NCBI GenBank assembly: GCA_047718615.1
Contig: JBDNRM010000001.1
Location: forward strand, 23,093-87,092
Direction: 5' to 3'
From: Bacillus sp. (in: firmicutes)
GTDB taxonomy: Bacteria > Bacillota > Bacilli > Bacillales > Cytobacillaceae
DNA length: 64,000 nt
The notes under the pieces were generated by a model. It was not told where the DNA came from. It saw only the letters and a list, made by a program, of their open reading frames with translations, and made no database searches. Of this stretch, positions 19,078 to 27,537 are shown piece after piece; the stretch's first letter is position 1, and each line of letters begins with the position of its first letter. The position numbers and the translations under genes were made by a program.

Positions 19078-19928
19078 TGAACCTTAAGCGGAAAGGGATA
19101 CTTAATCAAATAGACCATTTAACTGATAACTATTGCGATCCGTGTCATCTGGAATTAAAAGATAAACACATTTATTGTCGCAAAGAATGCAGTGTAGGAA
19201 AGAATCTACAGAAACTTGGTCGCTGGTTGGATGAAGAGGCAAAGGAACGAAGAATACAAAATATCTTATCTAAAGGTCAAAACATAAAGAAGTCAGATAT
19301 AAAAAAACTAAAAGAATACGGTGTATCAGATTCTAAAATCCAACAAGCATTAAGAAAGGGAGTTGAAGTAGTGGGGAAATCGAAAATAAATATGACGGTG
19401 GAAGAATTCGTACAATGGAAACATGTTAAAAAATTCTCATATGTGGAGATTGGTAAAAAATTCGGTGTAGGAGATGCAGCGATTCACATGTGGAAAAGCA
19501 AAAGAGCAAAAGAAATTGAAGCAGCTGTAAAGGCGCTGGATTCATGTGAAACGCAAACAGATAAGATTCCCCCTAAACAAGATAAAAAGCCTGAATATGA
19601 CCATGCTATGAAGGAATTAGCTACTAAACTAACAAACAGGGAAACTGCATTAGTAGAAAAAGATAAATTGATTGCAAGTCTAAAAGCGAAAGTAGAGGAA
19701 TTAGAATCTATTTCTGAAGCCTGCGGTGATGTGGAAGAAGAAACAGCTGGTTTAAGAGAAGAAGTAACTTCCTTGCAAGATTCTTTATCAAAAGAAATTG
19801 AATTAACACGCGAATTAACAGCTAGATTGGAAGAATTGACACTTAGATTAGAGCAAAAACAATCTACTCCTGATTTATATGCAGAAGAAAACAAGGCACT
19901 AAGAAACTTGGTGAGATTATGGATCTAG
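19077..19928 (+). CDS. Zinc-finger plus coiled-coil phage protein
   Basis: CDPC...CRKECSVG N-terminus, long C-terminal coiled coil. Confidence 0.6.
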   Translation: MNLKRKGILNQIDHLTDNYCDPCHLELKDKHIYCRKECSVGKNLQKLGRWLDEEAKERRIQNILSKGQNIKKSDIKKLKEYGVSDSKIQQALRKGVEVVGKSKINMTVEEFVQWKHVKKFSYVEIGKKFGVGDAAIHMWKSKRAKEIEAAVKALDSCETQTDKIPPKQDKKPEYDHAMKELATKLTNRETALVEKDKLIASLKAKVEELESISEACGDVEEETAGLREEVTSLQDSLSKEIELTRELTARLEELTLRLEQKQSTPDLYAEENKALRNLVRLWI

Positions 19929-20419
19929 GATTTCATCCATATTCCAAACAACAGCAGCTGGCAGGACATCAGAAAAGTAAAGATAAACCCAAACATAAAG
20001 AAAAGCGTCCAAAGAAGAAAAAAAATCCATATTTATACAGAGGGAGAATTATCCCATCAAGAAAAGAGCGAACAAAAATTATAAAAAAAGACTATGATCG
20101 CATGATTGAAGAGTTTGGAGATTATTGTATGATGTGTGGTCATACGCCGATTTTTGCTCATCATCTAGTATTTCGGAGTCATATAGGTACAGGGAATTGG
20201 CGAAACCTAGCGCCGTTGTGTAAAAAGTGTCATGATCGAGCTCACGAGGATTTTGATTTTGCTGAGTATTTAAGACAAATGAGGTCAGAGCGCTTTGGAG
20301 AGCATTTCGGAAAAGATAAATATTCCTTGTTCATGGAAGGTCTTATACCTAATACAGATGACGGAACATATGAGACATTTATGATTAAGGAGGAAATTAA
20401 AGCTAATGGTAAAAATTAA
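19919..20419 (+). CDS. HNH endonuclease
   Basis: CMMCG...AHH...G.GNWRNLAPLCKKCH. Confidence 0.8.
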   Translation: MDLGFHPYSKQQQLAGHQKSKDKPKHKEKRPKKKKNPYLYRGRIIPSRKERTKIIKKDYDRMIEEFGDYCMMCGHTPIFAHHLVFRSHIGTGNWRNLAPLCKKCHDRAHEDFDFAEYLRQMRSERFGEHFGKDKYSLFMEGLIPNTDDGTYETFMIKEEIKANGKN

Positions 20420-20981
20420 ATGTTGCTGTTGCGAAAAAGAATTTGCAGAATTTCCTTCAAGGATAAAACAGGGTAAAAGGAATTTTTGTTCACCGGAATG
20501 CTCAAAGATTTATCGTAGGCATTATAATATTCGGAAATTCGCAATTGATTATGAAGTAGACAAAAATGGTTGTTTCATTTGTACATCCCACAAACCGGGT
20601 AAACGAGGATATCCAAGGATGCATGAAAAACTAATATTTAGACACGTGTATGAGCAGATGTTTGAACCGTTAGAAAAAGGAGATTTGATTAGACATTTGT
20701 GTGATAACAAAATGTGTATTAATCCAGAGCATCTCAGAAAAGGGTCACAACTAGAAAATATGCAGGATGCTATTAGAAATGGAAAATTCAAAGTAGGTTC
20801 ACATAACAAAAAAGCTAAACATGATGAGCTTGAAATATATGGCGTGAAAGTATTGATTTATTATACGGATTTAACAAATGCAGAAATTGAACACATTACA
20901 AAAATACCAAAATCAATAATATCTTCTGTTAGATCAGGTAATCATTGGAAGCATGTTAAGGTAAGTGGTTTCAATGATTAG
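20406..20981 (+). CDS. HNH homing-endonuclease-like protein
   Basis: IRHLCDNKMCINPEHLRKGSQLENMQD His-Me finger, N-terminal CxxC, C-terminal HTH. Confidence 0.85.
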   Translation: MVKIKCCCCEKEFAEFPSRIKQGKRNFCSPECSKIYRRHYNIRKFAIDYEVDKNGCFICTSHKPGKRGYPRMHEKLIFRHVYEQMFEPLEKGDLIRHLCDNKMCINPEHLRKGSQLENMQDAIRNGKFKVGSHNKKAKHDELEIYGVKVLIYYTDLTNAEIEHITKIPKSIISSVRSGNHWKHVKVSGFND

Positions 20982-21218
20982 AAGAGTGACTCAACATGGT
21001 GCCCGAACAAAGGACAATGAAGAGTTGGTAATCATTACAGTATTTGAACCAAACATAAATAAACAAGCAGTAAGGAAGCTTATACCATACAGCAAGAAGC
21101 ACCAAGTACTTATACAGACGGGCGATTCTTACGAATTTAAGTAAAAATGCATAAATAAACCCATTATCCATTGTAGTAAATAGTAATAAGAACATGCAAC
21201 CGAACAGGAGGAAAAAGT

Positions 21219-21401
21219 TTGACAAAGAAAATGGAAGATTCCAAATTAGGTACGTCATTTGTTGTTACTGGTTTAGCCAATATGGTTGAAGAGGAAGGAT
21301 TAACCCCTCGTGAATCGTTTGAAATTCTGGAAGATATCAAAAGGCAAACATTTCATGCCCTTAGTGAGATGTATAGCGAGAAGTGGGGGAATAAGGCATG
21401 A
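21219..21401 (+). CDS. Hypothetical protein
   Basis: AGGAGG RBS, TTG start. Confidence 0.6.
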   Translation: MTKKMEDSKLGTSFVVTGLANMVEEEGLTPRESFEILEDIKRQTFHALSEMYSEKWGNKA

Positions 21402-21853
21402 TGAATCGCGTTGTCCTTGTAGGGCGGTTAACAAAAGATCCAGAGCTTCGCTACACTGCAAATGGTGTAGCAGTAGGAAGTTTCACATTAGCAGTGAACC
21501 GTACTTTTACGAATCAGCAAGGTGAAAGAGAAGCAGATTTCATTAACTGTGTAGTTTGGAAAAAGGCTGCTGAAAATGTAGCTAACTTCCTGAAAAAAGG
21601 CTCCCTAGCTGGAGTAGATGGCAGAGTCCAAACTCGTAACTATGAGGGTCAGGATGGCAAACGAGTATTTGTCGTGGAAGTTGTGGCCGAATCAGTGCAG
21701 TTTTTAGATACAAGAAGCAATAACGATCAATCTGCAGATAGAAGAAATCAAAATCAATCAAACCAACAAAATAACAATCAAAGAAGATATGTGGAAGATT
21801 CGTTTGCACCAGGTGGACAAATAGATATTTCGGATGATGATTTACCATTCTAG
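21398..21853 (+). CDS. ssb: Single-stranded DNA-binding protein
   Basis: [19 protein letters not shown]... and acidic DDDLPF tail. Confidence 0.97.
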   Translation: MMNRVVLVGRLTKDPELRYTANGVAVGSFTLAVNRTFTNQQGEREADFINCVVWKKAAENVANFLKKGSLAGVDGRVQTRNYEGQDGKRVFVVEVVAESVQFLDTRSNNDQSADRRNQNQSNQQNNNQRRYVEDSFAPGGQIDISDDDLPF

Positions 21854-21973
21854 AAGGCGGTAGGAAACCTATGAATCTTAAAAAAGCAAATTTGGGACAA
21901 TTACTATTCTTGTCCCGGATCCCTAAATATAGATATGCAGCCATTAAAGAATTGGACAGGAGAGTGCCGAGAA

Positions 21974-22336
21974 ATGAAATTAAATGAATACCAAGAAATG
22001 AGCAAAAGAACGATGCCTACAGTTGGAGACGTTATTATCCAAGATGGCTGTGAAGTAGTACTAACTGAATCACTAATAAAAGCCAATTATGCAATGGGCA
22101 TATCAGGGGAAGCAGGCGAAGTTACAGATTTATTGAAAAAGCAACTCTTCCATGGGCATGCGATAGATCCTAAAAAGGTCAAAAAAGAATTAGGAGACGT
22201 AATGCATTATGCAGCTGGACTTGCTACTTTGTACGGTTTTACTTTAGAGGAAGTTACGACAGAAAACATAGATAAACTTATGAAACGTTATCCTGAAGGC
22301 TTTTCATCTGAACGGAGCGTGAACAGAGTTGAGTAG
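21974..22336 (+). CDS. MazG-like nucleotide pyrophosphohydrolase
   Basis: LNEYQ...GISGEAGEV.DLLKK...ELGDV..Y...N..KL.KRYP.GF. Confidence 0.85.
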   Translation: MKLNEYQEMSKRTMPTVGDVIIQDGCEVVLTESLIKANYAMGISGEAGEVTDLLKKQLFHGHAIDPKKVKKELGDVMHYAAGLATLYGFTLEEVTTENIDKLMKRYPEGFSSERSVNRVE

Positions 22337-22451
22337 CGACGAAATGATCTCCATCCTCGATATGTTAACAGGCTATTCTTACGAATACTTAAAGAGTCTT
22401 TCTCCAGAACAACTAACCAAACTATACGAAGAAAAGACTGGTACCAAATGA
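22329..22451 (+). CDS. BH0509-like small protein (40 aa)
   Basis: EMISILDMLTGYSYEYLKSLSPEQLTKLYEE; its TGA overlaps the next ATG. Confidence 0.55.
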   Translation: MSSDEMISILDMLTGYSYEYLKSLSPEQLTKLYEEKTGTK

Positions 22452-22840
22452 GCAAATAGAAAATAGATGGTCATCAATTCGATAGCAAAATAGAAGCTAA
22501 GTATTATGAGCAGTTAAAGTGGTTAAAGGCGAATAAGCAGATTAAAAGCTTTCGCCTTCAACCAAGGTACTTGCTGCAGGATAAGTTTAAGAAGAATGGC
22601 AAGACATACAGAAAAACTGAGTATATAGCAGACTTTGAAATTATTAATTTGGACGGAAGCATAGAAGTGATTGACGTAAAAGGGGTAGTTACGCCGGTTT
22701 TCCTTTTAAAAAGAAAATTATTCGAACGGTTATACATGTGCAGATTAACAGTGCTGGTCCACAAAGTAAAATATGGTGGATTTATTGAACTGGATGAATA
22801 TTACCGATTGAAAAGGAAAGAGAAGAAGGTGAATAGATGA
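22448..22840 (+). pseudogene. DUF1064 family endonuclease with in-frame TAG at codon 4
   Basis: ATG AGC AAA TAG then IDGHQFDSKIEAKYY...LQPRYLL...YIADF...IDVKG in the same frame as ORF 22571..22840. Confidence 0.75.
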
Positions 22841-23325
22841 ACCAACCTATTCAGGAAGAGATTTTATCACCGCAAGAAATAAAGGTAGCAATGAAGAACG
22901 AACTTCCAAAAGGAGCTAGTCTTGCTATTACTACCCATAACGATTTATTAAAATCCATAAATGCTATGGAAGATCACTTAGATGCCCTTACACCTTTTCA
23001 AATTGCCAAATTAGAACATTATTATAACCGAGCAGAAAGAGAAGCGTGGAAGATCGCAGGCTATTATAAAAGCCAATATCAGTTTTACTTCGGAAGAGCA
23101 TCAACAGAGCGTGGACAAAGTTATGTGTATGAGAGAGAAACAAACAAGCGTGCCATCAATGACTCCAACTATGCCAGCCGGATTGTAGAGGGGATTAACT
23201 TAGAAAAGTCAGGCATCTATGAAGGATACTATGTAACATGGAAAGGCATAGCGGTTAGTTATCAGGGAATGCAGAACACGTTAAAAGATATGATAAAAGC
23301 CATTGCAAAAGAGGGTGGGGAATAG
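22837..23325 (+). CDS. Hypothetical phage protein
   Basis: Coupled to its neighbours, upstream of the late regulator. Confidence 0.7.
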   Translation: MNQPIQEEILSPQEIKVAMKNELPKGASLAITTHNDLLKSINAMEDHLDALTPFQIAKLEHYYNRAEREAWKIAGYYKSQYQFYFGRASTERGQSYVYERETNKRAINDSNYASRIVEGINLEKSGIYEGYYVTWKGIAVSYQGMQNTLKDMIKAIAKEGGE

Positions 23326-23703
23326 ATGTTAGATACCTTTATTCTATATAACGATTTATGTTTAGAAATAGAAGTGCTGCAGGAGCAATTACAACTAACG
23401 GAATCAGAAAGAGAACAATGGTGGATGGGTGGCAGGCTGTTTCACACGGTACCAATGGATAATGCTGCTGAACGATTCGATAACCTGACAATCAAGTTTG
23501 AGAAGATCAGCAGTTTATTAGAAAAGAAAACAGAAGCAAAGCGTAAGATGGAAGAAGCAATGCGTAAGTTTGAAGGGCTCCCAAGAAAGATTGCTTATAT
23601 GAGGTATATACAAGGGAAAACATTAAAAGAAATATCATTGGAATTAGATTACAGTTATGACTATGTAAGAGAGGTAATGAGCAAGCTGAAAAAGGCAATG
23701 TAA
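23326..23703 (+). CDS. Late-gene activator, sigma70 region-4-like HTH (RinA/ArpU-type position)
   Basis: RYIQGKTLKEISLELDYSYDYVR C-terminal HTH; last gene before the packaging module. Confidence 0.75.
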   Translation: MLDTFILYNDLCLEIEVLQEQLQLTESEREQWWMGGRLFHTVPMDNAAERFDNLTIKFEKISSLLEKKTEAKRKMEEAMRKFEGLPRKIAYMRYIQGKTLKEISLELDYSYDYVREVMSKLKKAM

Positions 23704-23704
23704 A

Positions 23705-23749
23705 ACCCACAAACTACCCACAGACTTATTGATTTATCAGTGTTATGAT
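23705..23749 (+). promoter_or_regulatory. Putative late promoter with activator direct repeats
   Basis: ACCCACA at 23705 and 23716 (11-bp period), poor -35, extended -10 TGTTATGAT at 23741-23749. Confidence 0.6.
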
Positions 23750-23850
23750 AGTAGTATAAAAAATTATATCTGATTGAAATGCTCACTCGCAGTATGGACT
23801 TAGTCCACTGTTTCATCGCAGGGGCGAGTGGATGAAGCAGAATAGACAAG

Positions 23851-23877
23851 AAGACATCCACTAGGGTGTCTTTTTTT
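23851..23877 (+). terminator. Intrinsic terminator in the late leader
   Basis: AAGACATCC-ACTA-GGGTGTCTT stem-loop followed by Ts. Confidence 0.75.
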
Positions 23878-23987
23878 GTTGTCTGTAAACTAGATATTAA
23901 GTAAACCTATAAGTCTTACTAAAGGGTCGCAACCTTACTTGTAGTATTAATATCTGGTTTAGAAACAACAAGCAAGGAGTTGAGTAA

Positions 23988-24200
23988 ATGGCATTAGTAA
24001 TCATAACAGTTCTCATCCTAATAACATTCGTGACATACGTAAAGCTAAGTATGGACCATCAACAAAAACTAATAAATAAAATAATCGCAGGCAGCTACAA
24101 AGAATACAAATTAGAGCAAAGAGCAGATGAAGCACATACAGCCAATATAGAGTTAGTAAAGAAACAGCAGGAAGAAGAGATAGATCCAGATTATTTATAA
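23988..24200 (+). CDS. Small membrane-anchored phage protein
   Basis: N-terminal TM helix, LINKIIAGSYKEYK. Confidence 0.65.
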   Translation: MALVIITVLILITFVTYVKLSMDHQQKLINKIIAGSYKEYKLEQRADEAHTANIELVKKQQEEEIDPDYL

Positions 24201-24216
24201 GGATGAGGTTGGTATC

Positions 24217-24699
24217 ATGGATATTTCTTATAAACAAAGTGTTGAAATATTAAAAGAACCTATATTGCATGAATTCATCGGAAATGAAAAAGCGTTTGAG
24301 CTATATGTAAAAGAATGTTTACCGGAAATATTCAAAAACATGAAATTGCCGGAAATAAGAAGTATTAAACAGCAACATCAAATTAAAGTAGATGGCATTC
24401 AAATAAGGTTAGATTTAATAGTTCAGCATATAGATGAATCAATGAGCGTGATAGAAGTTAAATGTCCTAATAAGAAGCATCCAGCTACTTCGACAGTTGA
24501 ACAAATGAAAGCGATAGGGCAGGTATTGTTATATAAGAGTATTATCAAAAGTGTATATGGCCACGAACCTAGATTGTTCCTTGTAGATAATAAAATACAC
24601 TATAGAACGATGTTGGCTTTCAGTGAAATGAAACTGCCTATAACATTAATTGAATTGCAAAGAAATAGAGTTTTTATTCCTTATAACGTTAATAATTAA
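24217..24699 (+). CDS. PD-(D/E)xK-like nuclease-fold protein
   Basis: IRLDLIV...VIEVK...AIGQVLLY motif pattern. Confidence 0.6.
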   Translation: MDISYKQSVEILKEPILHEFIGNEKAFELYVKECLPEIFKNMKLPEIRSIKQQHQIKVDGIQIRLDLIVQHIDESMSVIEVKCPNKKHPATSTVEQMKAIGQVLLYKSIIKSVYGHEPRLFLVDNKIHYRTMLAFSEMKLPITLIELQRNRVFIPYNVNN

Positions 24700-24734
24700 A
24701 GATTAGTTTTTTATTGGGGGCGAGGTGTTATGTA

Positions 24735-25118
24735 ATGAACGAGCAACAAAAGAGATTTGCGGATTATTATATTCAATTAGGGAATGCGAGTGAAGCTTAC
24801 CGTAAAGCTGGTTACAAAGCGAAAACAGTTAGCTCCATTACAACTAATGCGAATAGATTGCTGACAAATGCTGACATAGTAAAATACATTGAAGAAAGAA
24901 ATAAACTACTTACGAGTGACAGAATAGCTGATATGGAAGAAGTAAAACAATTTTGGACTGATACTATGCGTAATGATAACAACGAGATGAAAGACCGTTT
25001 AAAGGCTTCTGAATATATATCGAAAACAAACGGAGCTTTCTTGGAGAAGGTACAGCACAGCGGCGGTTTAGATAACAGCCTTACGGTTGTATTTGATCCT
25101 GGGATGGATGATGAATGA
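24735..25118 (+). CDS. terS: Terminase small subunit
   Basis: MNEQQKRFADYYIQLGNASEAYRKAGY...RLLTN..I..YI; GAGGTG RBS. Confidence 0.9.
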   Translation: MNEQQKRFADYYIQLGNASEAYRKAGYKAKTVSSITTNANRLLTNADIVKYIEERNKLLTSDRIADMEEVKQFWTDTMRNDNNEMKDRLKASEYISKTNGAFLEKVQHSGGLDNSLTVVFDPGMDDE

Positions 25119-26548
25119 AAATAGTCATTCCATACAAACCACAGCCAAGGCAGATTATTTATCATAAAGCTAAAGCTGATGAAATATTATACGGTGGTGC
25201 AGCTGGTGGAGGTAAGTCGGAAGCTACGATTATGGATACTCTCAAATACGGTATGAAGTATGAGGGCAGCAGACAAATTATATTCCGTCGTACATTCCCC
25301 GATTTACAGCGTTCCATTATCAGCAGAAGCTTACAAGTATATCCAAAAGAGATAGCCAAATATAATTCTTCCAAGCATGAATGGACATTGATTAACGGTT
25401 CTATCATCGAGTTAGCGTATTGGGATAATGATTCCAACTACATGAACTATCAAGGTGCAGAGTATGACGTTATCAGATGGGAAGAATTAACGCAGTTTGA
25501 AGAGAAATGGTATAAATATATGCTTTCCCGTTTGCGTGGCTCTAAGCCATATCCTAGAAGCGTGAGAAGCACTACAAACCCCGGGGGTGTTGGTCACTCG
25601 TGGGTTAAAAAGCGTTTTATTGATGTGGGACCACCTGAAACAGTACATTCCATTCCGGTTACTGACGAAAATGATAATGCTATTATGCATCCATTAACAG
25701 GGGAACCAGTAATCAATAAGGTGATGTTTATCCCTGCGACTGTACATGACAATCAAGAGTTGATTAAAAATGATCCTGGTTATCTCATTCGTTTAATGAG
25801 TCTCGATGACAAAGAACGTAAGCAGTTATTAGAAGGGGATTGGGATACATTCTCCGGACAATATTTCAGCGAGTTTACCCGTTCTATTCATGTGGTGGAG
25901 CCATTTACCATACCAAACGATTGGAAAAGGTTCTGCATGCTGGATGAAGGGTATAACGATCCTTTTGTTTGTTTATGGGGAGCGATCGATCCTGACGCAA
26001 ACATTTATATATATCGTGAGTTTATTAAATCAAAGTTGCTATCAAGTGAGCAGGCAACGAAAGTAAAAGGGTTATCAGAAGGTGAGAGGATTGATTACCG
26101 GGTGGCTGATACATCTTTCTGGAACAAAGGGAAAGCAAGTGGTAAGAGTCCAGCGGAAGTATTTGCGGAACTTAGCGTTCCTTTAATTCAAGCGACAAAG
26201 GAAAGAGTCAATGGCTGGAAGCGTGTAAGAGAATGGCTGCATGTATATGACGATGTAGACCAGGTAAGCGGTGAGAAATATAAGAATGCCAAGTTGAAGA
26301 TATTCAATAACTGCTTGGGATTAATCGAAGCATTACCTTCTATGATTGTAGATGAAAAGAATCCCGAAGATATAGCAGCACATTCATTAGATCATGCACC
26401 TGACGCTTTAAGGTACGGTTTAATGAGCAGGCCACATCCTAATATACCGGATAACACAGTGCCTGATGTACGACAATTTGACCACCCAAGCGAATGGGAA
26501 GATGCCACAGGCGAAACTTATTATGAAGATGATGGAGGGTATTTATAA
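25115..26548 (+). CDS. terL: Terminase large subunit
   Basis: YGGAAGGGKS Walker A, WEELTQF Walker B, TTNPGG, C-terminal RNase H-like nuclease with DHAPDALRY. Confidence 0.95.
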   Translation: MKIVIPYKPQPRQIIYHKAKADEILYGGAAGGGKSEATIMDTLKYGMKYEGSRQIIFRRTFPDLQRSIISRSLQVYPKEIAKYNSSKHEWTLINGSIIELAYWDNDSNYMNYQGAEYDVIRWEELTQFEEKWYKYMLSRLRGSKPYPRSVRSTTNPGGVGHSWVKKRFIDVGPPETVHSIPVTDENDNAIMHPLTGEPVINKVMFIPATVHDNQELIKNDPGYLIRLMSLDDKERKQLLEGDWDTFSGQYFSEFTRSIHVVEPFTIPNDWKRFCMLDEGYNDPFVCLWGAIDPDANIYIYREFIKSKLLSSEQATKVKGLSEGERIDYRVADTSFWNKGKASGKSPAEVFAELSVPLIQATKERVNGWKRVREWLHVYDDVDQVSGEKYKNAKLKIFNNCLGLIEALPSMIVDEKNPEDIAAHSLDHAPDALRYGLMSRPHPNIPDNTVPDVRQFDHPSEWEDATGETYYEDDGGYL

Positions 26549-26820
26549 TGAAATTTGGAAAAGCGATTGAAGCAGTAAAAACAGGTGAGAAAATATTTAG
26601 ACTAGGATGGAATGGAAAAGGAATGTTTGTGGTTTATCAAAAAGGCTATCCTCAAGGAATTCCATGTAATAAACAGACAGCGGAAGCGTGGGGATTGAAT
26701 GAAGGGGATTTATTCAAAGTAGAACCATATCTTCAAATCAAAACAGCGCAAGGATCTCATGCTATGTGGGTACCGTCAATTGGTGACATTTTAGCAGAAG
26801 ATTGGGAAGTTATTAAGTAA
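26548..26820 (+). CDS. DUF2829 / Tad2-like Thoeris anti-defence protein
   Basis: MKFGKAIEA.K.G....R.GWNGKGMF...W.PS..DILAEDW family signature. Confidence 0.8.
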   Translation: MKFGKAIEAVKTGEKIFRLGWNGKGMFVVYQKGYPQGIPCNKQTAEAWGLNEGDLFKVEPYLQIKTAQGSHAMWVPSIGDILAEDWEVIK

Positions 26821-26848
26821 TGTCAGAGCGGTGAAAGGGTTGATATGA

Positions 26849-27082
26849 ATGGATTTGATTTGTTTAATCAGAGGTGCACTTTCTAGTATTAAATCGTTCT
26901 TTTGTACTGGTGATAGTACTCCTATAAGCGGTCATGTATTCGTAGTTGAAGAAATTCATGAAAATGTAACTGTAGTAATTAGTAAATGTGAAATATGTGA
27001 AAAACAAGATATTTCTTGGGGTAGAGGAAAATCAATCGAAAAGATTAAAGAATTTAATTCTCATATACACGAAAAGGTGTGA
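26849..27082 (+). CDS. Small hypothetical protein (Cys/His motifs)
   Basis: GAAAGG RBS; CTG...GH...CEIC. Confidence 0.55.
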   Translation: MDLICLIRGALSSIKSFFCTGDSTPISGHVFVVEEIHENVTVVISKCEICEKQDISWGRGKSIEKIKEFNSHIHEKV

Positions 27083-27324
27083 CAAATATGATTAACTTTT
27101 TGGAAAAGAAAGCAGAAAAAGAAGGAGTTATCACTCCGAAGGCGATTGTTGAAGATACGTTAGAGAATATTGACAGGATAGAACAGATATTTATTGCTGT
27201 AAGAACAAAAAATGGAGAATATTTGCATGCTGTTAATACAACATGCTTTCAAGAAACATTAGGGTTAATTGAAATAAGCAAGCATAACTTTATTCAAGGA
27301 TATGTAGATGAGCAAGAGGGTTAG
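27079..27324 (+). CDS. Small hypothetical protein
   Basis: Coupled ORF between terL and portal. Confidence 0.6.
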   Translation: MTNMINFLEKKAEKEGVITPKAIVEDTLENIDRIEQIFIAVRTKNGEYLHAVNTTCFQETLGLIEISKHNFIQGYVDEQEG

Positions 27325-27334
27325 ACCGAATGAA

Positions 27335-27537
27335 AGGGGTGATACCCATTGATTAGTTTTAAACGTAGTGATAATGATAATTACATTTATATTGTATATA
27401 GAATAAACCGTTTCGGTGAAAAAGAGCTATGGAGAGTGTTCGGCACTTTACGGGAAGCGGCTAAATATTGTAAGAAAACAAAATGGGATAAGTTTGTTTA
27501 TGACAAACACTTAGTAGGATAGGGGTGATACCCATTG
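27335..27537 (+). repeat. 17-bp direct repeat of RBS plus start codon
   Basis: AGGGGTGATACCCATTG at 27335-27351 and 27521-27537 (the second includes the portal start). Confidence 0.9.
27349..27522 (+). CDS. 57-aa hypothetical protein (not in the ORF track)
   Basis: TTG start within AGGGGTGATACCCATTG; MISFKRSDNDNYIYIVYRINRFGEKELWRVFGTLREAAKYC... Confidence 0.6.
   Translation: MISFKRSDNDNYIYIVYRINRFGEKELWRVFGTLREAAKYCKKTKWDKFVYDKHLVG

Noticed and set aside
21149-21175. SigmaG-like promoter GCATA-N15-CATTGTA
   Set aside because: Spacer shorter than the 17-18 nt expected; AT-rich chance match is likely.
22457-22459. Amber stop-codon reassignment in this phage
   Set aside because: Only one interrupted gene; TAG terminates many intact genes (e.g. 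ssb, Tad2 neighbours, the SLT frame) and no suppressor tRNA is present.
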